From contig CM082586.2 of assembly GCA_040954595.2 (NCBI GenBank), positions 10,695,337 through 10,759,336 on the forward strand: 64,000 nucleotides of DNA. The letters are read 5' to 3'. How positions within the stretch are numbered: position 1 is the stretch's first letter; each line of letters opens with the position of its first letter. Shown here piece after piece: positions 49,481 to 61,068 of the stretch. A program made the position numbers and the translations under genes. The notes under the pieces were generated by a model. It was not told the DNA's origin. It did no database searches and saw nothing but the letters and a program-made list of their open reading frames with translations. Source of the DNA: Balanoglossus misakiensis (Eukaryota > Animalia > Hemichordata).

Positions 49481-52400
49481 TCACAGCATAAGTTTCTTGA
49501 GTTTATTTGATATTTTACCAGTGACAGCTGCTTTTTTTATGTCATCCATAATTGGGTCAACACATATTTCACAGGCAGTCATTGTTTCATTTTTTTAAAT
49601 TGCCACACATACAGTAGCCTGCATTCTCATAATATCGACTGGGAATGTATTTTTCTTTTTCTTTAAGCTCAAATTGACCTACATTTGCATTTCTATAGTT
49701 GTCAGCTTTTGGACTTTTGTTCCTCAGCCAAAAAAGCATCACATATTCGTGTCGAAATATGAGGGCCCACCTATTTTGAGGTGTAGAATTTTCACTGAAT
49801 TCTAGCAGGCGTAGATGCTTTGCCTCTCTGCCTTCCATTGTGTTTAGGCCTAATCCCAGACTGAATTGCTTATAGATACTAGTGGTGTGTTTTGGGACTA
49901 CATAACCAATGTGCCACACAGTATTATTGACATTCAGAAACAGGGAATGTAGATTAAAGTACCACCGACACTTATGCCTAAGTACAAGCAAATCTCCCTC
50001 ATTTATGTTGAATCGTGAGAATAACAAAGTGATATCTCTAAGCAAGATACCAGTATATGTGTAGAGAGCTAATTGAGCCCGACGCTTTGGTCTGTCTGTA
50101 TCGCTTCTCAATGCTAATACCAATCCTATGAAATGCCAAGCAAGTTTGCGAGACTCCTCACCAGTGAAGCGATAAACCACATTAATGTTGGCATTTGACT
50201 TGACACTATTTTCATTGAAGTATTTTACAATCTTATTATACAACTTTCCAGCTTTTACTTGATATTTTAGGGCAGACAGGAATTTGTTCAGATATGACTC
50301 GTTAGGTAGATTCTCAATTTTAACTCCATTTTCACGACCCTTTTCCGAAGTGTGGGCAACTGCGTCAATCAGTAATCGTTGGAAGTAGTATTGCCATGCA
50401 TTGTTCTTTAAATGCAATGGCTCAGCCTTGGCACAATCAATAAATCTACCCAACGGTGGTACAAATTCCTGTCTTGACCTCAGACTGGCTATAAATTGTG
50501 TGATTTTGGGTCGCACTGTTTTGGGCTTTCCAGTTTTAATTTTCTTAGTTGACTTCAACTTTTCAACAGCTTCTGCATCTTTAATTCTTTTCTGATATTT
50601 CCATTCATCCCACTTCTGACCTGGGCCAATTTCTGCTCCAATACAATCAATATCGTTTTTGGAACGTTAGCAAATGAGCTGAAATACTTTGCTGCATTGC
50701 TTAGTTCTCCAGACACACTGGCCAATCCCTTCTGATCAAAGGGTAAAAGTGACACCTGAAAAGTTACATCAAGACTGCCAACTTTATATTTACGTTTCTC
50801 AATACACTCAAGGTCTTTTGACAATGCAATTGCAAATTCAATCATTATGGGGTCATCCTCTTTTATGTTTGCCCCTAATAGGAGAAAATTGTGGTCTGGG
50901 CTAGCAACACGGTGGGTCACATTCAAGAAACTAACTAGCCATGCAGTGGCCTGTCCATGTTTGCCAAACGGAGCCCCGTCAGCACCTATACTGATTTGAA
51001 ATGAGCCCTCCTGTTTACCGAACCAGTTAAGAATATCAGGCTGTGTTTCCCCCATATTTAAATATAAACTGGCAATCTTAATAAGCAACTCCTCAGGGTT
51101 TCTTTTTAAGCCGACTTGTTTGCCTTCAGATGATATAATTGGCTCAAGATTTCCAATGTCAAGGTTACTTACATACTGTACAACTTTTGTGTATGGGAGC
51201 AGTCTTGGTATTCTACAGCCAGAATGAATTTCTAATGCTTTCCTAGGATGTTTCAAGTTGGAGAACATCTGAAGTTCACTCTGCCTCAGACAGTTATATT
51301 TTCGTTTGGATAGTACTCCGCCCTCATACATAGTTCTGACACTCCTCACCAAATTGTTCTCACTTTTCTCAAATTTACTGATGTATTTATCAAATACTGA
51401 TGGCATTACTTTTTTACTGATTTGGGGAGAGGTTCTGAAGAATGTTTTCATTTGGTCAGGAGTGGCAGAATTAACAAGAGTATACCACAAACCATCAAGT
51501 GCTGCTTTTGGTGGATGTAGTACATTCGGTTTATTTATACCTTTGGCTGGGCTTACATCTGTAGTTGCTACATGAATATTTATGGCTGCTGATAAGGTTT
51601 CACACCTACGTTCATACTGTTGACGTCGCGACAGCTTCAAAGATTCACTATTATCTGCACATACTTCAGTGTTCTTGTGGACCCATTTAGAGCGTTTCAC
51701 ATTAACAACATCAACAGGAATCTGAAAGATTAAGTGTGTGATAAATATATACTAATTAGAATATAATCATTATATATAAAATAAAATCTTCTTACAAGTT
51801 AATCATTAATTTAAATGTCCTTGATAAGAAATACACACGTGTAGCCTGTATTTTTCTGACAACTTCTGCAATAAAAATCCTAAAAAATATACATAGTTTG
51901 TTGGAAAACCTAGATGTTTTGCATCAAAGCTGAACCCATTTTGTTATCATTGTTTACACAGGATCATGTGACATGAAGTTCAAAAAGCGAATTTGGGCTA
52001 AAATTTGAAGAGGATTTATACAAATCTGAGATTTTTAAAATTATGACTAAGTCTATTTATCTGATCTAGCTTACCTTTCTCTTATTATTCTTTGTAGCTA
52101 AGATCTCACAAATCTTACTGTTCTTCTTCTCTAGTCTAGCTAGCTGGGTTGAGGATCTTTTTACTAGTCTCCTAGCTGCACTCAACTTATTCAACTTATC
52201 CTGAATTATGCTTTCTTCCTCATCTCTCTTTCTCTTTCTCTGTCTACACCACTCTCCTAAGTTAAACCTGTGTTTAGTCTGTCCTCTCTTTGTTCTAACT
52301 ACCAATAGGTTGTTGGCCACGCTCCCAGACAAAGATCTAGTCTTCAATTTCTCCTGATATAGTTGTTGTAAACACTTCTCTTCAGCTACCTGTCTCGCTA

Positions 52401-52518
52401 TCTTTTGGTCCTTTGCCCACTGGCCTATGTTGAAGTAACTTTTCCCTTTTCTATTCGGCATAACAATAGACAAACTTTTAAGAAGTGCGCTACTCCTGTT
52501 GAATAGTTTGCCCCACAT
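49481..52518 (-). pseudogene. Spliced DDE transposase (~870-890 aa) with RAG1/Transib/Chapaev-like motif order and two 1-bp frameshifts
   Basis: Exon 52518 (or 52461) to 52075, GT-AG intron, then exon 51721-49481 in frame. Motifs IGADGAPFGK, PFDQK, AEPLHLKNN, RFTGEES, GLGLNTMEGREAKH, RW..IFRHEY. Frameshifts at ~50663 and ~49590; C-terminal CxC-x9-CxxC after correction. Confidence 0.75.
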
Positions 52519-53370
52519 GGCTCTAAATCTATACCTGAAAAGGGTGAACAAGAGAAATATCTTTACAATAATTATCTATCCGAGGGAAGCAAAAACAAAA
52601 CACCTGCTCATTATACTTCCTCCAGAAATTGAGGTCAAAGGTGACATAGAAAGAATGTGGGTAACCTTACCATAACAATCTCGCCCATTCATTTTTTTCT
52701 TATTTCGTTTTCACCCTCGAATTTCCAGCGAATTATATCAAGAATATATTTTAGCACAAACTATTGGTTTCTGATTTTTCAGTTACGGTCTTATTTTCTG
52801 TCAATTCTATGAACAATATCACCATGTCGCCGAAAATTCGAAGCGCCGCCATTACAATCAATGTAACCCGTGCTGCTGCCAAGGAACACACAGGGTCGTA
52901 TATTTTCGCTTGGTATGATTTCGTCATATTGCTTGTAGCAGCATTTTAAACATGGAATCCTATGTTTACGTATAAAAGACTAAATTCGTATGGTTTTCAA
53001 ATTGAAAAAAACAATTCTGTGAAGCTGAATCGTTGTAATTTTTAGTGTTTGTTTATGGTTGCTTAGGACGGCTTCTGCTATAGCAACGGCCAGGGACTGT
53101 CAGCGGGTGATCAAAATGTTCAAGTTATTTGGCTGATACACATAAATAACACAGCAGAATCGCAACTTTATTTCATATTGTCTCTGACATCTTGCTAATT
53201 TTACTAAACAAAACTTGGAATAAAGCAATATTACTCACCGAATTATGCTGTGCATCGACAGCTGTGTTCGATCGCGAACGCCATTACTGTGTCTAATTAA
53301 ATATTCATGAGCTTCATAGGCTGCCACGGAAATACTGCCCATAGGTGGCGTCGTTCAAGCTGTAGTGACA

Positions 53371-55380
53371 GGTGGTGGTTCCCAGAGTGTATCGTAACCA
53401 GGTGATGAGACTAGCCCATGAATCAGTGCTGGGTGGTCACCACGGAACTCACAAGACCACAGACAAGATCCTCAGCAACTTCGTTTGGCCTGGGCTAACA
53501 TCAGATGTTTCCCGTTACTGTCAGTCCTGTGATTCATGTCAACGGACACAACCAAAGGGACGGGTGACCAAGGTACCACTTGGAAGTATGCCACTAATAG
53601 ATATCCCTTTCCTACGTATTGCAGTAGACCTGGTTGGCCCTATTCATCCATGCACTGAACGCAAGAATAGGTACATACTTACTGTTGTTGATTATGCAAC
53701 ACGCTATCCGGAGGCTGTTGCATTGACTAACATTGATACCAAGACTGTTGCAGAGGCGCTCCTGGACATCTACTCAAGAGTGGGGTGTCCACGTGAAATT
53801 CTGACAGATCAAGGAACTCAATTTACATCAGATGTGATGCGTGAGGTCAGCCGGCTTTTGTCTATAAAGCAGATGACTACCACCCCATACCACCCAGCAT
53901 TCAATGGTCTAGTGGAACGGTTCAATGGTACATTGAAACTCATGCTCAGGAAGATGTGTGAGGAACGTCCAACATATTGGGATCGTTATCTGAATGCTTT
54001 ACTATTTGCCTACAGAGAAACGCCTCAATCGAGCACAGGATTCTCTCCGTTTGAGTTACTTTATGGGAGGAGTGTGCGTGGTCCAATGGCTATCTTGAAA
54101 GAACTATGGACTGGAGAGATCAGTGAACCAGAAACCAAAACGACTTATCAATACATCCTTGATCTTCAAAAGAAATTAAAGAAGGCATGCGATTTAGCAA
54201 GACAAGAACTGAAGATATCACAAGGCAAATACAAGTCCTACTACAATAGAAAGGCCAAATGGAGGAAGTTCAACAAAGGTGACGAGGTGTTATTGCTACT
54301 ACCTACTGACCATAATAAACTACTTATGCACTGGAAGGGTCCTTTTCCAGTGGTGGAGAAAGCGAGCAATATGGATTACAAGATTGACTTTGGTCATAGG
54401 GTGAAAACATTCCATGCCAACCCGTTGAAGAGGTACTATCGAAGAACTGATCAGCTAGATGAAGTATCAGCTGGACTTCTTGAGATTGTGTGTGTATCTG
54501 TGATAGATGAGCAGAGTTATGAATCTTCAGAAGTACAAGAGAACACAGGGGTTAAAGTAAACGATGACTTACTGCGGGTTCCTGCATTCAAGCAGAAAGA
54601 ATTTGCTGCAGATGTGAATGTATGTGACAACTTGTCAGACATACAGAAGCAAGTGGTGAGGAGGTTGCTGATCAATTACAAAGATATGTTAACTGATATT
54701 CGTGGTAACACCAACCTGGGTTTCCATGACATCAAGTTGATGGATCCAACACCAGTATGCAGTAGGCCATACCCCATCCCTCATGCACTCCGTGAAGCAG
54801 TGAAAGATGAAGTCAAAACGATGATTAAGATGGGAGTAGCTGAACCTTCAGAGAGTCCATATGCTGTTCCACTGGTAATGGTGAAGAAATCTGATGGGTC
54901 CAATCGTTGTTGTGTTGACATGAGAAAGCTCAATCGCATAACAGTGTTTGATGCAGAGCCTACACCAGACCTGAGTGAGCTTTTTGCTTTTTGCTAAGTT
55001 ATCCAAGGATCACTATTTCACTAAAGTAGATCTCAGCAAAGAATATTGGCAAGTCCCGTTGACTGATAATTCTAAACAATTGACGGCATTTATCACGCAT
55101 GATGGGCTATACCAATTTATCAAAATGCCTTTCGGACTTGTAAATAGTGCTGCGACTTTTAGCAGAATTATGAGGAGATTGTTAAGAGATATGAAGAACG
55201 TAGACAACTATATCGATCACATACTGATCCACACTGCATCATGGGAAGAACATATCAAGACAATTACAGATTTGATGAGCAGACTACGAAAGGCAAAGTT
55301 AACAGCGAGACCAACTAAGTGTTATGTGGGTTATGAGCAGATCGATTTCCTGGGTCATGTGGTTGGTCATGGTGAACTAG
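53371..55380 (+). pseudogene. pol: Gmr1-like integrase followed by truncated reverse transcriptase
   Basis: Integrase: AHESVLGGHHG..CQSCDSCQ, AVDLVGP, TDQGTQF, NGLVERFNGTLK, WKGPF. RT: CVDMRKLN, KVDLSKEYWQVPL, MPFGLVNS, YIDH (mutated YxDD). A 7-bp duplication causes a frameshift at ~54980-54993. Confidence 0.9.
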
Positions 55381-55469
55381 TCCTGTTTCAAAATGACCTA
55401 CATTACAGGTCCTATGCACACGTATTACATGTTCTGATTGGTTTATCCACTTCTCTAAGGTCCACTTGC

Positions 55470-55735
55470 GGCTCGCTGATTGGAGGGACCTTATGTGTTA
55501 GGTCTTATTACTATGTATTATTCACCAGACCTTGTAGGTTAGGTCTTATTACAATGCATTATTCACTTTACAGCTCCCTGATTGGTTAATGTGTAGGTCT
55601 GGTCCTCCAGTGTTCACTGCCTCATTATGCAGGACCTTGTAGGTTAGGTCTTATTAATATGTATTTATTCACCATACAGCTCCCTGATTGGTTAACGTGT
55701 CAGTCTGGTCCCCCCAGTGTTCACTGCCTCATTGT
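55470..55735. repeat. Short ~105-bp tandem repeat
   Basis: ACCTTGTAGGTTAGGTCTTATT...CAGCTCCCTGATTGGTTAA...CAGTGTTCACTGCCTCATT occurs twice, plus a partial copy. Confidence 0.7.
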
Positions 55736-57274
55736 GAAATGTCCCATGTGCTTCCTGGCTAGCGTTGTGGTAACATATTATTCGGGGTGTCCGCAGATCG
55801 TTCATTGATTTTCTGAGAAATAGCCTAACTGATACTATCTCCAACATAAACCGCACCCTGGAAAGATTAAATGATCTTTTAGGTGGACTTTGAAAATCTG
55901 ATTAACTCATCTAAGCATTTTAGCTAAGTTGTATATTTTTTAATTATAATCATACAAAATACTTAAAAAATAAAAACAATGTTCAGTTTTAATACCCACT
56001 GATGAGGGGAAACATCAGTTTCAAATTCTTTTCATGGGAGCGCTTGAGCAGAGTTATGAGTTTTGCTCTGTGAAAGAAAATGGGGGGATTTCAAAATTTT
56101 GGCAGTTCGGAAGGGGGATTTCAAAATATTTCGGGTTGTGAAAGGGGGGGGGGGGCATGTGAAAATTAGCGGTAAAAGATGAATTCCCCCCCCCCCTCCA
56201 GAGGTGTTTGTGAATGCAGCCTAAGAAAGAAAAAATGTGAAATGGGTCAAATATGGGCCGGACGTGCCCATTCAACTCAATTTACTTTTGTTTGCTTTAA
56301 GTAGGAATTGATCACAGCTATATTTATTTTGGACACCTGAGCGACAAGAAAACAATCTGATTCTACATTTTAAAAAGCGTCATTGGAAAAGCACTGCAAT
56401 TTTGTTTCTTGCTTTAAAAAAGTTTGGGGTGGCATGTAATAATTAAGGTGTGTCTAAATTACTAATTTGGTGCACCTCAAAGCCCTTAGCCAATGTAAAT
56501 TATATCCTGCATTGTATTCATGAAGGATATCCTCCCGCGAGGTCAATGCCATTCAATGTCAAACAGTCTCAACAAAGACCATTGGACACTCATAGCCGTT
56601 TTGTATGAAAGTGACTGGAGTACGAGATGAGTTTCATGACAACAACAAATCATGCTCAGTCTCGCTGCAGGGTCTATAATTTCAATAACGGCTAGACGCT
56701 GGACACTATCTTAGGTAACACTTTAGGGTCATAGTGCTGGAACGACATGTTTAAACAGGTCGTTCCGGCACTCTGACCCTTTCGGCCCCAGTCGTTTCAG
56801 CCCCCATTTTCCACGACCCAAGTCGTTACAGCCCGGACAGTAACACCCCAAACATTTCAACACTTATCAGGGAAGACCTTAGCCCAACTATTAAAACTTG
56901 GCTTGAACCTACTTAAGTTCTCCGCATGAAATATGAGCGAGCGTTGTCAGAGGACGACAGCTACGCACACTTTGGGCATGACCGAATCAAACAGAATTGA
57001 ATATTCTATATTCGGAAAAAACACCTTATCTCCGTTTTGCCGTTGACAAACCGATTTCTGTCATGACAGTTACTCCCGGGGACTGTGACAGACCATATAC
57101 AGACAGTAGAGGCCGCGCGCTGGGGGTCTACACAAGTCACTACAGCTGATGTAAGCAAGTACAACATGCTTTGCTTGCAGGAATGTTCCATTTTCAATAG
57201 AGGGGTGTGTATATTCAGAGGGAATGTCAGTCGGGGCCCTGGCTGGCAACATGCGGCGTATATATTGACAATCT

Positions 57275-58202
57275 TAGCCGGGAGACCAGGGCGTCGATCT
57301 AAAATACAACGCTCGGGGACAGTCGAGCAAGTCCTGCTGAGCTGAAAGATAGTAGTCTTGGCAACGATCGAGGTCGCTTAGTAACAAATGGATAACGAGT
57401 GATCTATCAAATGTTGACGGGCGCCAGTGGTTGGATGATATAATTAAAGGCACGTAAGCTGTAACTGGATAAAAAATTAAAGTTTTAAATAATCTCATAT
57501 ATGCTTTTAATTATGTCTATTAAATGCTATTTCATGATAATATATCAAGCTCAACACTTATTTATGACAAAATGGCCAAAAATTAAAGAAAAACGAAAAT
57601 TCCTGCAATTTTAAAAAAAGCGCAATATTGCAATGAAAAATGAAAATCTGATGTCTCAGTGGTGTACATTTACTTCCATGAGCTCAAGTGGATGAGATCA
57701 TGTTTTGTTTATGAAGTTTCACAACCGGAAATGCAACATTTTCATTGTTTCTTGCATTTTCCCACGGTGGCGGCCATAATCGCTTGCGGCAAAGCTTTAT
57801 TATTTATCTGGTTAAAACTTGCATATGCACTCATACTTAGGGTTTATAATGCTTGTGTATTGTTCACTACCTCCATCTGCATGGACTAATGGTAGTGCAG
57901 TTTGAAACAAAAATTATGAAAATTATCCCAAAAGTTACACCTTACGTGCCTTTAACAAAGCTTGGTTATGAATATTCATACACTTTCAAAACCACTCCCA
58001 CATCCCATCGCGGGAATTTCACACATGACTCCACCTCTATTTCCTTATTTAGAAGGCGACGATGTCATGTGGTTAACATTGAGTGACCAATTAGCTTACA
58101 CGCAAGATTTACCACACGTGTCGTTCTACGAACAGAATTCTGTTCGTAAATAGAGACTGTCCCCGGGCGTTTCTTTTCCCCGACGCCCTGGTCTCCAGGC
58201 TA
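57275..58202. mobile_element. Non-autonomous Academ-like (AcademH-type) element, 928 bp
   Basis: TAG...CTA termini, ~50-bp imperfect TIR TAGCC(G/T)GGAGACCAGGGCGTCG...CGGGGACAGTC, exact 9-bp TSD TGACAATCT (57266-57274 and 58203-58211). Confidence 0.8.
57448..57951. mobile_element. Kolobok-type MITE nested in the Academ-like element
   Basis: TTAA at 57444-57447 and 57952-57955; 19-bp TIR AGGCACGTAAG(C/G)TGTAACT. Confidence 0.85.
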
Positions 58203-58635
58203 TGACAATCTCGCTGATAGGCGCAGCTGGAATTTATGTTTCTGTGGTATGATTATTGTATTTTATCAATGCACAATCACGATGGGCGAGTTTCAAGCAA
58301 GCAATTGGATTCGCTTCAATCCCTCACTAAAATCTAGACTGCACCACTGTATAATAACACAATACAGTCTTCTAGCCTCATGGTATAAACAGGAACTCTT
58401 GTCTGCTGGACATCCGTGTACTTTGGTCTACTGAGTGAACGCGTTACGTATAGAGGTAGCGCAAAGTGAAAACCTATTTAAGGCAGCCACAACAATCAGT
58501 GTTGACGTACATACAATCTGACTAAAATCGCAGTTGGTATGACGACAGCATACTAATAATACTGTACCACATAAGTAAAAGACGTCGTCGTACCATACAT
58601 CTGATTTTATTCAGATTACTGCATATTTGCATATA

Positions 58636-58842
58636 CTGTGAAACAAGTTATTTTCGCGAGCAATACATTTTCGCGAGATACGTGAGAGCCAAAATGGTAT
58701 GAAAATAAGAGGTCGCATAATTATTTTTGAAGATAACGATGCAGTGAATGAAATAAGAGAACGCGAAAATTAATACTCGCGAAACAGTAGCCTCTCTCGA
58801 TATCGTGAAAATTTCAACTCGCTAAAATAAAGTGTTTTACAG
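58636..58842. mobile_element. TA-TSD MITE (Tc1/mariner-like by inference)
   Basis: TA|CTGTGAAACAAGTTATTTTCGCGAG ... CTCGCTAAAATAAAGTGTTTTACAG|TA, with internal TTTCGCGA repeats. Confidence 0.7.
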
Positions 58843-58877
58843 TAGTTTATGTATGTAAAGTGTTCCTGATGTTAACA

Positions 58878-58988
58878 CAATCTGTTTGAAATCAGATGTA
58901 GGCCTAGGGAATGGCGACGTAGTTTTTTGATGCTGCGACAGCATAAAAAACACGTCGCCGTTCCCTACATCTGATTTTAATCAGATTA
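58878..58988. mobile_element. ~110-bp fold-back MITE (related copy at ~58514-58618)
   Basis: AATCTG..AAATCAGATGTAGG...CCTACATCTGATTTTAATCAGATT; flanked on both sides by GTTAACA (partial 8-9-bp TSD). Confidence 0.55.
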
Positions 58989-59101
58989 GCGTTAACATAA
59001 CTTTATCAGAATAAGTTAACGCCATAACTTTGACAGAATAAGAGTTGCCTCAAACGGCTCTAACCGAATTTCCATTAATAGCAGAACAAACAAGCTGTAA
59101 T

Positions 59102-61068
59102 CAATACGCCAACCTTTAAAATATTACTTTAGAAAGTTTGTATTCATACTTTCTTCAAGTTGTCATAACGCTAACCCGAAATGTGTTTTAGTATTGCCTT
59201 TGTATTAATGGGCTAGATTCATGGCGTTATATGTCATAAATTAAAAAGACAACCCTTATTGTTTTTGATAATATTTATGTCGGAGAATCCACAATGAAAA
59301 ATATGTATTTTCAATTTCATAACTCAAAATAATTTTCAAATCCATGACCTTATTTTCAACTCCAGTGATCGTACATCCTGAACCTTGTTCCAGTAAATGA
59401 TTGGTCATTACAGGGTTAATGGGCACTCTCCCGTTCTCTTCCTCCGCAGTTTCATTCATGTTCTTGTTTGACGGAAATGGGTGTGACCAGACGCTTGAAT
59501 GTTTTCATGTGGGTTGAGTTGTTCATCGGGAACGGCCTCCTGGTGTGTCTGTACAGGTACGCAAGGAGAAACTGCCCACAAGAAGCTGCGAGTGAAACTA
59601 TTTAAGGTAGTATGTGCCTCGCGGTCCGAGATTCTGACAAATGATAGTCCTCAAAACTTTTTCAAGTCATTGATTTACTAAAGTGTGTGGTGAGTCTCTT
59701 TGAAAACAACAACAATATTACTCATCATATTGTAATTTTTTGAAACTATAAAATGAAGTTGACAATGCACCAAACAGATTCTATTTATTTCTTCATGACC
59801 ATGTTCACCCCAAGGTCATATGGACCTGCAAGTATATGCCAGAGCCAGAGTCGACATTACCGAAGCCAGAGTTTAAAGCTTACAGGTCACCCCTTGCCAG
59901 CTCATGACTAGCTAAACTGCCATGGATGCCAAGAGATATATGACTACGGTAACCTGTAGATGGTTTCAGTATGTTTGAAGAAAGTGGTGGCGCACTTTTG
60001 GCTACATTTGAAATGGCTATGGTACCAGTGGTTGAATTTGCAAAGGTGACCTTTGACCTGGCATCTTTAAAGATATTAAAGAACGATTTACCATTCCTTG
60101 TTGTCGTAAAATGACATCTGTAATAACTTATATTTTATCTGTTCATCTTGAAGTACTATATATTTAAACGCCAATTTTCCATTGCCAATCAAGTTTTTAC
60201 AAATAAATTGTAATATGCATGTTGATTTTACAAAAACTCCTTACTTCCAAGTGAATTCTGTTACACATCACGTAACTATTTTCCCCACGAATTCTTCAGT
60301 TGCTAACTCGGAAATTTCATATATTGGGCAGAAATTGGATACATTACCCAGCCATTAAAATTACAGTTTTCTATTTTAATTGATCGTCCATAACTTCAAG
60401 TACTTTGACTTGACATACATTAAAAACATCATGGTGAATAAATAAAAATTATTTGATTATCTAATTGTGCATGTTTACATGGTTTTATTTTAGTATGCTG
60501 GGTACTTAATGTCTAATGGCTCGCTGATTTTATACTGTTCAAGATGACAATCTAATTTTAGTTTTCAGCTGATAATTGAAATCAATGATTCAAAAAAATT
60601 GAATTTTGACATGAATAAACTTCTTGTTCATGGCAGTTGCTGTGTTTTGTTTCATTTGTATTCAATTTTTGCAAGCATACCATTGAGCACAGTTTGATTT
60701 GATTAAACACGTTTATCGGAAAATTTTGTCATTTGAAATATCTGTTTTTGCGCCCTCTACCATTTGACCAAATGATTCTCTTATTTTGGTGGCCTTTGTC
60801 TGTGTATATGAGAATACTATAGTACTCTCGCATCGATCATAGTAGAAGTTGATAACGTCTCTTGCCACGTGGCCTGGAAGAAAGGCGATCTTTAGAGTAA
60901 AAAAAACAAACTATCCAGATAGGAAGCTAGAAAAGAAGTTGAATCGTTGAAATTTTATTTATTTTATATTGTTAATATCGTTGGTGATGTTGACTGGCCG
61001 ACAATCTTTGTCACACGAGTCTTTGCAGGCAGATTAAAACATTGCCTATTCCAGCAATAATCACAACA
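59102..61068 (+). repeat. ~1.97-kb direct repeat, copy 2
   Basis: Near-identical to 42303-44270. Confidence 0.92.

Larger units (their letters stand above)
47894..53367. mobile_element. CAC-ended DNA transposon, 5474 bp, 3-bp TSD, bipartite TIRs, two convergent genes (CMC/Transib/RAG-related, family unassigned)
   Basis: TSD ACA (47891-47893 and 53368-53370); removal restores the Gypsy frame GEKLLQVVVP. Ends read CACTGCGG and CACTACAG, each with TGGGCAGTATT at positions 27-37. Confidence 0.9.
44486..55380 (+). mobile_element. Decayed, 3'-truncated Gmr1-like Gypsy LTR retrotransposon (PR-IN-RT order)
   Basis: LTR plus tRNA-Pro PBS; gag with a SCAN-like region and CCHC; protease LRDSGC; integrase before RT. 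No RNase H or 3' LTR. Interrupted by 47894-53367. Confidence 0.9.

Noticed and set aside
47894-53367. Bona fide ProtoRAG (RAG1L-RAG2L) or canonical Transib
   Set aside because: The TSD is 3 bp rather than 5 bp, the partner ORF shows no kelch/PHD features, and there is no RING or CxxC after the second Asp.
42303-61068. The 2-kb direct repeats as LTRs of the enclosed Gypsy element
   Set aside because: No TG...CA ends, PBS, PPT or TSD; the real PBS follows a different sequence at 45785.
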